This document shows positions 11,420-23,648 of a DNA stretch of 64,000 nucleotides, in pieces (the stretch's first letter is position 1; each line of letters opens with the position of its first letter). Both the position numbers and the translations under genes were made by a program. The stretch comes from Lama guanicoe (Eukaryota). Where the stretch lies: contig MU054001.1 of NCBI GenBank assembly GCA_013239625.1, forward strand, positions 871,884 to 935,883. The letters are read 5' to 3'. The notes below the pieces were generated by a model that saw only the letters and a program-made list of their open reading frames with translations, was not told where the DNA came from and searched no databases.

Positions 11420-11710
11420 GTAAGATGTGCTAGATATGGTTCTAAGGGTGCTATAAATGTGAATTCCTCTAGTACTCATTGCAATTCTATGAGGTAAGCA
11501 CTATTATTGTCTAAGCTATACAAATGGGGAAGCTGAGGTACAGAGAGGTTGAGTAAGTTGCTTATGGTCACACAGGTTAGAGTGAAATCAAGATTCAATC
11601 CTAGACCTCTCGGACCCTAGCCACACAGCCTCATAAGGCCTAGCTCATAGAGTTGCTGTGAAGATTGTATGGAATGATAAGTAGGAAAAGATTTTGGCAA
11701 CTAATTATTT
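11420..11710. mobile_element. MIR fragments (antisense about 11420-11630, sense about 11635-11710)
   Basis: acaaatggggaagctgaggtacagagaggttgagtaagttgc; then catagagttgctgtgaagatt. Confidence 0.7.
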
Positions 11711-11804
11711 ACCTAATTAATTATTTATTTATGCCACCAAATTCTTCCTCCATCAGCTGCCTGGAGGAGATATACAAAATTAGATCCAGTGCTTTGGGTT
11801 AAGG

Positions 11805-12090
11805 TAGAATTTTTCAAAGGCTGTTCTGCCTAAATCTGTTATCAAAGGATACCCCTTAAAAAAACACCCCTATAGTCAAATAAATGTGGGAATGCTGACT
11901 ATTCTGTCTTGGAGATTCACAGGCATATTAACTGATTAAAGGCTCTGATAAGTCCTGCAATTAAAGAAACCTGTTAAATTCTGTTTAACCTTGCAACTCT
12001 TAAATTTATTTGCTTTTGAACCCCCTAATTAATGTAGCCTAAGAAGCTAGTGCCCCATTTAATGTATTTTATTACACACTGGGTAATGTT
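11805..12090 (+). mobile_element. hAT-Charlie element (MER112-like)
   Basis: gtcaaataaatgtgggaatgctg...ttggagattcaca...ttaaaggctctgataagtcctgcaattaaagaaacctgttaa. Confidence 0.65.
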
Positions 12091-12619
12091 ATATTGTCTT
12101 CAGGAGATTCCCGGTGAAAAGTATGTGTCTGAAAGCTAGGCCTACAAAACCTATCTGAGGGTGGGCCTTAGGAATTTGGATCAAGAGACTGATGTTTTTG
12201 TAAATGTGTCTGTTTCTACTTATCAAGGATTTTGTGAGGGAGGAGGGTATCTATTTAAGCTCTACTGACTTTCCCAGAAATTTCTGGTGATTTTTTAGGC
12301 ATCATCAAAAAGGTTAATGGTAGCTCTGTTGAGATCTCAATGTCTTCTGTTGACCTTATCTTCAGCCCTAAGAAACAACTCCATGCACAATGTGGAGGGA
12401 GTTGTCAATGGCCACTACACAGGACAGCAGAGAGGAAACCAATGCAAAGTCCCCCTTAGCTTCAGTATTTCATTTGGAAATATAGTATAACCTCGCAACA
12501 CATCCCCAGTTAAACCCCCCAAACTCTTGATTGTTTTATCAGACAGAAGTCAACTAATTAAGATTCTCAATTAACCAGAAACTTGTCCCTTCGCTATTCG
12601 TTGGAGAGGAAAAGTGGAT

Positions 12620-13450
12620 AAATGACAAATTAATAAGATGAGAACAGTCATCTTAAAACAAATGGGAAAATATTTTCCATAAGAATGACAAAGATATTAT
12701 CCTTAATGAATAAATAGGTCATAAAAATCAATAAAAATCAAGTTAATAGAAAATATAGTCAAAGGACAGGAATAGATTAGGTAGGGAGGATGCAAATGGC
12801 TAATAAACATAAAAAGTCATTCTGATCATCAGAAAATGTAAATTAAAATCAATAAAACCCAATTTTTCACTTGGCAAATGAATAAAGATTAAAATATCCT
12901 CCATGCTTGTCAGGGTACCAAACGTAAAAATGTTTATGCCCATTGGTCTGGTAATGCCACTTCTAGAAATTTATTGAAAAAAAAATCAGAGAATCAAATA
13001 CAGATTTATGTATAGATGTATTTAGTGCTGCGTTATTTGTAATACCGAATGATGAAAAGATTAGCCTAACTGCAGAGAAAGATCTGGGAATTCATGGTGA
13101 GTATAAAAAGATATTTCCAGAGCAGTATTAATGACCAAGGAAAATTCTTACATAATTAATAACAAGATAAATGACAAAATAGGAAACTGCATTTATAGTA
13201 TTAACTCAACTATGCAAATATACAAGTGGGATAGAAGGAGAAAGGAAAGGAGAGAGAAAAATGAAGCAACTATAATTAAAATGTCAACAGTTCCTGCTTC
13301 TAGTTTGTAAAATTAGAAGCTATTTTGTTTTGTAATTGTCACTTTCCTATATTTTTGAGCATTTCTACAATGACCATGAATGATTTTTATAACTTTATAT
13401 GAATTATATAAATTTCATTTTTATTAAAAATAATGAAATAAAAATGACAA
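12620..13450 (+). mobile_element. Ancient L1 (L1ME/MC-like) 3' region, highly decayed
   Basis: A-rich; caaatggctaataaacata, gtaatgccacttctagaaatttat, aaaatgtcaacagtt...tttctacaatgaccatg...ttttataa. Confidence 0.65.
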
Positions 13451-13924
13451 AATCAAAGAAGACACTTTCTGATCACTGCTGGTCCACGTCAGCTGTCTCT
13501 CCCTCTCCCACACCCAAGCTGGTGTTGTGAAGAATGATGTTTATTCAGGATGGCAACCCGGCCGCCCTCTGAGAGACTCACTTACTGAGAAAATATTCAC
13601 TGAATTTGCCACACTGAACTTCCCAAGGCAGGAACGTGAAACACCACATCTTGGAAAGATTTCCAGCAATCAGATATGAAACCAAGAGAATTTTTGGCCA
13701 GCCTTCATTGAAGCAAAATACCATGTTAACTAGAACAACCCATTAACAGAAAACACTGATGAGGCGAGATTCTACTGTTTAAACAGTTGTTTATTATCTG
13801 TGACTCTGACTCATACCTCTGCCTTTATTTATCTTTAGTTAATAATGTGGAAACTAAAACCTGGTTATACGGCTCAGTTCTGGAATACTCCCTCCACACA
13901 CTCCTGCGGCAGCGGTTGCTTTGC

Positions 13925-14390
13925 GTCCATCAAATATCACAGTTTTTCCTCCTGGGCACATATTAGACTACATTTCCCAGACTCCTTTGCAGCTAGGTGC
14001 CTCCATGGCATGAGCACTGGCCAAAGGAAGGAGATCAGAAGTGATATCCACCACCTCCACGCCTGGCTCATAAACCCTTGCCATATGCTATCAGCATTGC
14101 TCACTCTGCATCCCCAGCCTGCTGGATACATGGAGAGAATCCAATGGAGAAGGATTCTAAGGGCTCAAGGGATGGGGAGCCACTAGATGGAAGGGGCCAA
14201 AATCCCTGGATGACTGTGTGGAGCCAAGTGCATGCATGCCCCACCCCACCACCTCCCCATGTTCCCCCAACACATACACACAGAGTGAGCCTTGGGGGAC
14301 TGTGTCATGAATGAGAAATAAACAATTACTGTTGCGTCACTGAAGTCTGGAGAGCTGTATGTTACAACGGCTAAGTTACCCCAACTAACG
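13925..14390 (+). mobile_element. MaLR LTR (MLT1J-like)
   Basis: tagactacatttcccagactcctttgcagctagg...ggagccactagatggaagg...atgaatgagaaataaac...gttacaacggctaag. Confidence 0.8.
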
Positions 14391-14449
14391 TTATCCCCTT
14401 AAGACAAACCCACTCCGTGATTACTCTTGGTGGGATGATGGCAGAGAGG

Positions 14450-14650
14450 CATTTTAGATGAAGCAGAAGATTTACAGATGATCAGGCTTGGATTTAAATC
14501 TCAGTTCCACCACTCTATCTCGTGAAGATTCAGTTACCTTTCCTACAAACTGAGTACAAAAGAAAAAAAAAACCCATCTCATGATGTTGCCATCATGAAT
14601 ATATGTAAGTGCCTTGTGCAGTTCCTGACAAAGGGCACACAATTGGCAGA
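14450..14650 (+). mobile_element. MIR SINE (degenerate)
   Basis: ggcttggatttaaatctcagttccaccact...atgtaagtgccttgtgcagttcctgaca. Confidence 0.55.
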
Positions 14651-15124
14651 TGGGGGCTTCTCTTTCTCATACCAACAAGACTCATTACAACAGCTGCTTT
14701 TCTCAAAGGAAAACTAAACTTCACAATCTGAGAGCAAAGGGATAGGTCCCTGAGGTCAGCTTTGCAGGTCCTGTCCCTCTGTCTGGGCTCTGCCCACAGT
14801 CCCCGAGCTCCTAGAATCATGCCCACCATCTCCGTCACACATCGTGAACTAAAATGTATCTGACAAAGAGAATCAAAGACAGGAAGTATCAGCAGAAAAC
14901 CCTGAGAAACCTCTGCTGTGGCTGAGTGTGGCTGATGTCAGTCCTGGCTCCTCAGAACCAAAACCAGCCGGGATTAAGATGGTGGCATAAAAAGCCTTCA
15001 TTGATTCATTTCTTGAAATACACACACATTTCTTGCGCATCCACAGGCGTGGAGGTGGATGCAAGGGTGATGACTGCAGAAGGAGCTCTTAGCCCAGTGG
15101 GTGAGATTCAAAAGTAAACAGACC

Positions 15125-15167
15125 AAAAAAACAAAACAAACAAACAAACAAACAAACAAACAAAAAC
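15125..15167. repeat. (AAAC)n microsatellite
   Basis: Direct reading. Confidence 0.9.
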
Positions 15168-15189
15168 AGTGAGATCAAGGGCTATAACT

Positions 15190-15655
15190 CATCTATTTAG
15201 TCATTCAGCAAACCCTAAGCATGGAGATGTGCCAGGCACTTTTACAGGTAAAGAGGGCTTGTCAGTAAACAAAACAGAAAAAAAAAAAAAAAGAAATCTC
15301 TGCAGTTAGGAGGTTGACATCCTAGATAATGGACAATTTATCAAATAAATTAGTAAAATATAGTCCACGATGGATGGTGATCAAATGTATGGAGAAATAT
15401 AAAACCGGCAAGTGTAGCAGAGTGCCAGCGCGGGATGGGGGCCGGGGGCCGCCTTTTTAGGGTGATCAGGGAAACCCTCACTGAGAGGGTGACATTTATG
15501 CAGAGGCCTCAAGGAGGTGGGAGGAGTTTCCATATTCTCCAAGGGAAGAGTGTCCCAAGCAGAGACAATATAACCAGGGCAAAGACATCAGGGCAGAAGC
15601 ACACTTGGAGGCATCATGGGACAGCAAGGAGGCCAGCGTGGGTGGAGCAGAGAGC
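15190..15655 (-). mobile_element. LINE L2 fragment
   Basis: tcattcagcaaa...atgtgccaggcact...tagggtgatcagggaaaccctcactgagagggtgacatttatgcagag...cagcaaggaggccagcgtgggtggagcag. Confidence 0.8.
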
Positions 15656-16419
15656 GCGCCCCACTTTTGCTCATTCAGTCTTGCCTACCACATTGCACTT
15701 GGTGTTGGCCCTAGGGCGTGTCGGTTTCTGTTCTCCAGCAAGAGCGCGAGAGCTCCCGGCAAGAGGACACAGGTGTAAAAAGGCAGGAGATGGAGGCGTG
15801 TGATAAAAGTGGATATGAAATAGGCCAAAGACAAGTATTCTCATGTTTGCCACTGTGATGACATGCGCTATCTCTCCTTCCTTATCCGGAGATAAGGAGA
15901 TTGCAGCCCTGGAGGTCAATGGCAGGGAGAGATTGAAGCTCTTGCAATGTAAGTAGTCGCTTGTGGGATGTGCCAGAATAAAACAGGACAGAGGCTGCCA
16001 CTCGGTGGAAAGGGTGAGACGGATGAGCATTGAGGGGACACAGGGCAGGGGTCCAGTCCCAACAGCAGCCTCTGAGGTTCTTTCCGTCTTGGCCACCATC
16101 CCTTACTAATGACCCACATCCTCGGGGAGAGGGGTGGGCTGGGAGTAGTTGGCTGTTTCTATTCTACTTAAAGCCAGAAAGATTCTAGGGGAAGGTGGTC
16201 TGGTCCTTTCCATTATTTCATGGATTCGTAGATCCTAACACCCTAGGAGTGTTTAATCCTATTTCCCACTGTCCAAAGATGGTCAAGTCTGAGCTTTTAA
16301 AGTGAGTTTTTTTAAAATATCTTCTTCATTCATATTTTGGAATAGGCAAAACCTATGCTTATTGTCCAAAAACCCAAATGTCACAGTGAAAACCTCCCTG
16401 CTGCCCCCTCCGCCCTGGC

Positions 16420-17115
16420 CCCCCAAACCCTGCTGGACCCAACCAATGTCCTTAGTTTCTGGTGTATCCATGGTCGAAAAGAGATCATGTGGTTCTATCT
16501 CCATCTCCCCCTGCCCTTTAGTGTGAATGATAGCATCTTGCTATTTTCACTTAACAATGAATTATTACAAGGTGGAGAGGGTATAGTTCAGGGTTAGAGC
16601 AGGTGCTTTGCGTGCACGAGGTCCTGGGTTCAATCCCCAGTACCTCCATTAAATAAATAAATAAACCTAATTACCACCCCAAAAAAACCTCAGTAAATTT
16701 TTACAGAGTCTACTTATTCTTTTTTATGGCTGCATAGTATTCCATTTTGTGGGTAAACCACAATTCATTGAACCAGTCCTCTTACTGATGGACATTTGGG
16801 TTTTCACCAACATTCTATTACAAACACTATGGTAATGAATAGCCCTATTTACACAGCATTTTGTGTGTGTTTGAATATATCTGTGGATGGATTCCTAGAA
16901 ATGGGATTTCTTCATCAAAGGGCGTGTGCACACACGATTTCCATAGATGCTGTCAAATTTCCCTCTGTCCAAGTTCCAAGTTACCCTCCCACCAAAACTG
17001 CACAAGGGAGCCTGTTTCTCCACACACCCTTACCCACACAATTTCTTTGCAAACATTTTCATCCCTGCCAACCCAATAGGAGAACAGGGAATTTCATTTT
17101 ATTTTATTTTATTTT
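16420..17115 (-). mobile_element. L1ME-like fragment interrupted by a SINE
   Basis: ttctttttttatggctgcatagtattccatt...tgatggacatttgggtt...ggattcctagaaatgggatt. Confidence 0.75.
16571..16687 (+). mobile_element. tRNA-derived camelid SINE (Vic-1-like)
   Basis: gagggtatagttcag (A box)...gcacgaggtcctgggttcaatccccagtacctcc (B box), tail (taaa)n-cctaattaccacccc-A; degenerate TSD 16555-16570 / 16691-16706 (12/16 identity). Confidence 0.85.
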
Positions 17116-17144
17116 ATTATTTGATTTATTTGATCATGAGGGAG

Positions 17145-17645
17145 GTTGTCTCCTTGGGGTAGATGGGGAACCCTCCAGGTTCACACCCCGCCCTTCTCTG
17201 CCCTGCTCTGGACCCAGAAGGCAGACCTCAAAGAATGCATCAGTCAGGCTGTCCTGCCTCTGGTTTCCAGTTGAACTTGGCATGTGGGAGGGAGAGGGAG
17301 GAGAGACGGGGGAGAAAGGGAGGAGAGACAGCCTTCCTGGCCTTGATCTCACTGAGTGCTGGTTAGCGCTGGGGTCACAGGGTGCAGGTCTCTTCCCAAG
17401 GGCATGGCACCTAAGAGTGGAGACCCTTTTCCGTGATCATGACTCTCACCAAGCTCCATTGCATCATTCTCTGTCCTCGCCCTCTTGGGTCAGGGGAGTT
17501 AGCACCTTCCCACTGGTGCCTCTGCATCCCTTGGGGTCCCTTCAGCCCTGCCCACTCCTCTGTACAGAATGTCAACACCAAAATCTCTTCAAAGTAGCCC
17601 TTTGGGTGTGCTAGCCCTTTCCTGCCAGGAACTCTGATGGATGCA
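17145..17645 (+). mobile_element. ERVL-class solo LTR (subfamily uncertain)
   Basis: cccttctctgccctgctctg...tgcatca...cctgcctctggtttccagttg...aaatctcttc...ccctttgggtgtgc...ttcctgccaggaactctgatggatgca. Confidence 0.6.
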
Positions 17646-18049
17646 AAAATATATTTTTTTTAAATTTAACATACCAACCTTTTGGGGATTTGGTTTTGGA
17701 GATTAACTGATAATGAAACATCTAAGAAGAAAAAAAAGCCCTAAAAGGAAAGGGGCATAAGGAACTTTCTAGTTATTCTTCTGGCTCCAAAGCCCAGTCC
17801 ATTTCCATTAGCCACCTCTCAGCAGAGACATCCGTCTGAATTTTCTCCTTGGGGGAATCCATCTGCCATGTCTGCTTTGCCTGTGAAACCAGCATCTCCG
17901 GCCACCACCATTCACTGGGAGCTTCTTCCTCACCCCTCAGCTCACCCCACTTTGAAGCTATATGAGGCCATGTCAACCACTGCCATCTTCATCAAAAATC
18001 TCTCAACTTCTCTCAAAGTTTAAACCCTCATGACAAGATCACATGCAAG

Positions 18050-18190
18050 TTAATTCCATAGTTACTCACTGAGCATCTATTACATCCTGGGCTCAGAGGA
18101 AACAAAGATGAATAAGATGCTTTGCTTCCTTTGAGGTCCTCATAGTCTGAGAGTATGAGGGAGATAATAAACTGGTAACAGATGTTAGTC
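18050..18190 (-). mobile_element. L2 fragment
   Basis: ttactcactgagcatctattacatcctggg...aacaaagatgaataaga...ctcatagtct. Confidence 0.55.
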
Positions 18191-18239
18191 ACTGGTGGAT
18201 TAAAAGCCTGGGGGATCTTGGCAAGATAAAGATAATTAG

Positions 18240-18850
18240 TGACCCTAAAGTAGAAAATCCCACAAACAGAATCAAAAAAAAAATTTAAAGATATAATAGC
18301 ACAGAACATCTTTGAAATGAAGAAAGAGCTGAATCTAGTTCACAAGGTCCTGCTTGGAAATACTGGGTTCCAGGAAATACTGATGGAGAATGACATGGAG
18401 ACATTTCCAGGTCAAGTTCTTAGACTTCAGGGGAAAGACATATTTTTTCAGGCACCCAGGAACCACATCGAGGCTTTGGCAATTGAAAAGTCATCCCAGT
18501 GAGGGATGTTTGCAGCCAAAAGATAACTGAGGAATGTCTACAGAGTCCTGAGGACAAGATGGGTAACCTAAGTGAACTGTAGCAGTCAGGTTGCCATACA
18601 AGTATAAAAGCAAGAGGGAGATATTGTCAAACACAAAATGTATCATGAAATATCACATTCCTCATTTTTAAAAAATTTCTTTTTAAATAAAACTGTTCAG
18701 TAACTAAATGCAGCCAACCAAGAAGCAAAGGGTGAAAAATTTAGTGTAACATTCAGTGTCAAAAGACAGTGAAGTTCTAAAAGAGAGGATAAATTTTATA
18801 CCCAGCTAAGTAGTATTTCCATCAAAAATGGAACAGTCAACCTCCTGCAC
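18240..18850 (+). mobile_element. Decayed L1 ORF1/HAL1-like fragments
   Basis: aaagatataatagcacagaacatctttgaaatgaagaaagagctgaatct... and ttttatacccagctaag resemble L1 ORF1 region. Confidence 0.45.
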
Positions 18851-19739
18851 GAGTGAGCTCAAGGCAAACACCCCAGTGGACCTATCTTGATAAACACAGT
18901 ACGCTTGGTACAAATTTAGCCAAGTACTTCCTTATACACTTACAGCTTACACAACTCCCTGGACCCAGTTCTTACACATAGATGTTTTCAGATCTTACAG
19001 GCCCCCTGTCCCGAGGACACTCTCTTGCCCAGAACAAATGTGGAACCTTCTCCCCCAGTGTGGGAGTTCCTCTTTCTTTAAGTCTTCAATGGGTGCCAAC
19101 AGTCCTGCGGCGTTTCTCCCATGCACAGTATAACTGCTATTTCAGTATTGCTGTGGGGCATTGGAGGAGGGCAGAGCTACACTGGAGAGCCTAGTTTCCA
19201 TCTTCAGACTCAGTTGAGGGCAAACAGCAACCCCAGCCACACTTCACACCACCCTCCCAAGGAGATACGCTCTCAGTCGTAACATCTCTGCATCTCTGCC
19301 CCAATAATGCTGCAGCTGCAGGAACTCGTGAGTCCCAGATTTTCACTACAACATCAATAGAATGTTTTCTGCTTTATCCAACTTTTGGGGGGTTCTCCAT
19401 GTACCAAGGGTAAGTGCCAGAGTCTTGGGGACTTCTGTGTCACATCCTATTATGAGGGGACACATACAGGAAGCACTGAGCCCAACTTACATGTATTCTA
19501 AGAATTTACCTGTCTTTTTCCTTCCTTCTCCCCTGCCCACCCCTTCACCCCGGGATAAACCACCAATTACTGTATTGTACTGACCAACTTTCTTTCTAGC
19601 TCCAGCTCAGAAAGTTCTCCCTGACCTGGGCAGGCTTGGGAAAGAGAAACCAATGAGAGGCTTTGGTGGGTATCATTCATTTGTTTATTTGAGACTTAAG
19701 TTCAGAAAGCCAGATCCAATCTTCAGAAGCTTATCTTTA

Positions 19740-20900
19740 TGGTTTCCATTTTATTGAATCTCATTTTGTTAATTCCTCGTGATTCCACACTCACGATTAG
19801 CCATAATGGGTTCTTTATTGGTTTACCCCTAATAATATGTTAATTGATAGCTCTCATTGCTTTAAAACCCAAGCTTTCCCACGTTGAGAAGTGCAAACAA
19901 TTGAACCATCGCTAATAAGGCACGGATGTGGGGAGAGGCGTATGCTCCCAAAGTTGGCAGGGCAGAAGGGGAGTTCGTGCACGGGGACGTCCCAATGCGA
20001 AGTTCCTTCGAGGGTGTACAAAGGCGCTGGTGGTGGGTGGGGAAGGTGTATGGGCAACTATCGCTGCCTAGAAAAGCCCCTTCCTGACAGGTGATGCTGC
20101 TAGCTGCCAGCACCCTGACGACGCACAGCATCCTGGTGACGCACAGCATCAGGACCACATCACGTCTGGCTGTTTGTAAACCAAGCAAGAGCCGAGGAAA
20201 CATCCCACTCACAAGGAAAACATTGATTTGAAGAGGCTCGGAGTGGGGCTCCGGTCTCCACAAGCGCGGAAGGGCCTCCTTAAACTGACACAATAAATTA
20301 GTTCAAAGCCGATGACAGCCCGGCAGATTACCCATCGCCCCACAAAGGAGGGAAGTCTCTGGTCCCCTTCACGAAAACACAGATGAAAATTGTGTTCTTC
20401 CCCTCTAATGAGGCAAGCTCAGATATAAGTCAATAGAGCAATTCATTAACAAATCTAATGCAATCCCCCCGGGGTTGCCGGCGAGATGGCGATGAAAGTC
20501 TCCTTGGGCGGTTGTTCCATATGTTGAGGGTCAGATTGTGGAGTGGTTTTCCTCTGGCCTATTCACTGCCCACATATGGCAGTTAAGGTCACTGTTATCA
20601 GACACTTTCTCTGTACACAAAACAAAATTTCCATATGGCCCATGGAAATGGCCCGGCCGGGCTCCCGGGAAGCTTCCCACGGCTCCCTTTGTGCGGCGCT
20701 GGTCAGAAGTGTAAAAGAGGGTGTGAGGGGTTACCTCGTCGCTGAATTGCTCTCCCTGCTTTGTGCGTCAGTCCAATTTAGGGAAAATCTGCATCACTTT
20801 TTCCCCTGTCTTTCAAGCACAAATGCTCATGTCAGTCTATTAGAACGTGAGGGAAGGACTGATCGCAGCCTCCGCTTTTAAATCCTTTTGAAACCGCGGT
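19740..20900. promoter_or_regulatory. Candidate enhancer block (three CATATG E-boxes, homeobox sites, CpG-retaining)
   Basis: CATATG at 20518, 20573, 20632; CAGATG at 20380; several TAAT/ATTA sites; no recognisable repeat. Confidence 0.45.
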
Positions 20901-21619
20901 GACCCGCTGGAGAGGGTTCTGAGGGGAAGGACCTTCTCAAGGCTCTTTCAAATCCACAGAAATAAAGGCCTTTCCTGGCTTAAAGTGGCCCCTCAGATTG
21001 AGCCCCACAGAGCCCGGAAAAAAAAAAAAAAGCCCAACACGATTGTCATGGATATTACATGACAGTGACAAGAACAGGCCAGCCAAGACAAGGCTCCAGG
21101 CCGCACAAAACTGGACGGGGCTTTCTTCCCCGTTTGGGCCTGGGATTGTTGACAGCCCAGTAAATAGGCTGTTTAACCCTTTGAAAGTGAATAAAGAGGG
21201 TGTAGACAAATGCTTTCTGATGGAGTTTGTGCATGTAATAGGCAAGTAGTATACACACACTCAGGGACTTTGGGGACTCGGGGAGGGGGAAGGGGGCTGG
21301 CTGAGGACAGTGCCAGGCTTCCTTCTTACGCTGTGGACAGAAGTCTCGAGAGAATTTCTGATGAAATGATGGGATGGGGCAGGGGTCTCAGAGACGACTT
21401 CTGGACATGTAGGTGACCAAGACTTTTGGGACAGCAGCAGTAATTCCTGTAGTAGTTTCCCGTGGCCCCGGGAGCTTGTCAACATCCAGTTTTGGGCATG
21501 GTCCCTGAGGTCCTGGTTCCCTCCTGCCTTCATGGTTCTCACTCACTCCCTCCCGAGGTGGGGACGGGAACACCAATATCAATACCTGACCATGTAGGCT
21601 TCCTGCTAAGCCTGGCACA

Positions 21620-21770
21620 GACCTTATCTCAATCGAGGTAATCCCTCGGCAAGGTGGAAATAATGAAGCCCATTTTACAGATGAGGAAACTGAGGTGCAG
21701 AGTAGGTGAGCCACTTGCAGGAGATTTACAGCTGCTGAGGGCTGAAATGGGGCTTGGAACATTCTTTCTC
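21620..21770 (-). mobile_element. MIR SINE
   Basis: cccattttacagatgaggaaactgagg perfect core. Confidence 0.85.
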
Positions 21771-22624
21771 CTTCTGCTAACCAGTCTCCAGAACCAGCCT
21801 TCCCATTGTCTCGAAATTGGAACGTTCCCGTTGAGTTGTCCCATTGTTTCAATAAATACGATAATGCAATCTCTTTCTCCCTCTCTGTCTCAGTTTGATT
21901 TTGGGTAAAAATATATCCTTATTGACCTAAGAAGCCAAAATCAACAGAGGATTGAAACCTGCCGCCCAGAAATTTAAACTTCTCCACGTTGCCTCCAATT
22001 TCATAAGCTGTTTAGGTTCCCACTGAAACAGCTCTCCCGTGAGCCACAATTCCTAAGGCTTGGCAGCCACAGAGTTTGCATAAATCCAAAGACTACTGTT
22101 TCTAACCTCTGACTGTACTTTAACTGGGAAGGGCCTTTTTAATTCATTTAACTCATTTTAATTGTCTTTGGGGGGACGAGCGCTTTCTCTGGCCGGCTCT
22201 GCTGGCAGGGGGAGCTGATTACAGAGCGTGGGGCTGCCATTCACCAAGAGCTCATGAAAATGCATGCGGGCCCCGGCACCCTCGGTAATTGTAATATTTC
22301 TTCCTTACTGTTTATGTCAGAGAGTCATTACTGGGAGAGGCTGACACATCTGACATGTGTGGCATCGACACACATTAGGTGGTCCTTAGATAATTTTTCG
22401 ACAAAGTTTAGTCAGTGGAGTGGGAGCCCAGCCTGTTGTAAGCAGCAGACATAAAAGGAAAAATACGTCTTCTCATGTTGGTGCCTCGAACATTATAATT
22501 AGCCCGATTTGTGTGGGTTTCTTTCTCTCCACCTCAAGACTGTCAAGTTCATGGGGTCTAAGTCCAGGTCCTAACCATGTATGTACCCTACCTCTCATGG
22601 CTGGGGGCTAGTATTTGCATTGTT

Positions 22625-22830
22625 AATTACAGTGTCTCCAGCACTACACTGGATAATTTACTTTTAGTACCTCCTTTAATGGTCATATCAAACTTACGAG
22701 GCCTATTCTATTACTATTTTGCAGCGAAAAGGGTCTGAAGCCCAGAGAGGTTAAGCAATTTGAACAGAATTAAACAGCTCATGTGCCTGAACTCAAACCA
22801 CGATGCGCTTTCCACCACGCTGCCTCCCTC
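22625..22830 (-). mobile_element. MIR SINE
   Basis: tattttgcagcgaaaagggtctgaagcccagagaggttaagcaattt...gaactcaaacc...tgcgctttccacca. Confidence 0.7.
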
Positions 22831-23613
22831 AGTGTAGCGTCCGGCACGGCAAAAAATCACGTTTCGATGGGAGGCTCAGGTCCAGTCCCACCCAGGACCT
22901 GGGTCTTGCCCGTCCTTTTCCTCCCCACTTTTTTCATCCCTGCTGCCCCTCTGGTCGCTTCTGGCGCTCTGGGCTTTCGTTTAAGGCAGGATCAATCCAC
23001 ACTAAGAAATGTCTCATAATTGCTTGTGTTTTACCACGGAGAAATAAATGAGCAGTTTCCATCACCTGATTTAATAGCGCTGACTCTGACTGAAAGAGGA
23101 AGCAAATCAATGGCTGGCGAAGGAAAAGGAGACTTTTTTTCAAAAAAAAACACCTCACACTTTAGAAACGTGATCTCTAAGTTATTACAAATTATGAGGT
23201 TAAGACCTCTTAGACGAATCCTAGCTGCTTAAAAATTTAAAACTCCAGGGTAAAGCAGTGAAGTACTAATGAGCTTCAGGCAACTAAGTATCAGAATCTT
23301 AGGGGAAAAGTCTCGTTTTATGTGAGAGCATCTGAGGGCATAAGAGCCACTCTGAGAAATCTTTCTATTCTAAGGGGTGTGGGGAGGGAAGGGAAGGGAA
23401 GGCAGTGGGTGTGGGGTGAGGGTTCGGGGCGGTGGCTTAGGACATTCCAGATGAGACTGACTGGTTCTCCGACTGAGAAACGTGAGGTTCCTCTAAACGC
23501 TTCATTATGGCAATGCAGAAGTCGGTTTCCATGGCACATCCTCTCTTCCTCTGAAGAGAAGAAAGGAAAGCATTTTATGAACCATGGTGCCTTCACACCA
23601 AGGATGGAGGGTG

Positions 23614-23648
23614 AGTGTGTGCGTGTGCACGTGTGTGTGTGTGTGTGT
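23614..23648. repeat. Imperfect (GT)n microsatellite
   Basis: Direct reading. Confidence 0.85.

Noticed and set aside
14180..14193. CTCF-like CCACTAGATGGAAG (also CCACCAGATGGG at about 61212)
   Set aside because: Lacks the near-invariant C of the GGC end; the first is part of an MLT1J LTR
16571..16646. tRNA-like sequence with A and B boxes
   Set aside because: Head of a SINE with an AT-rich tail and TSD, not a tRNA gene
16796..17614. Longest supplied ORF (272 aa)
   Set aside because: Non-ATG start; runs across an antisense L1ME relic and an ERVL LTR; no recognisable domain
20114..20149. Imperfect 18-bp tandem duplication
   Set aside because: Two copies only; ordinary replication slippage, not an array
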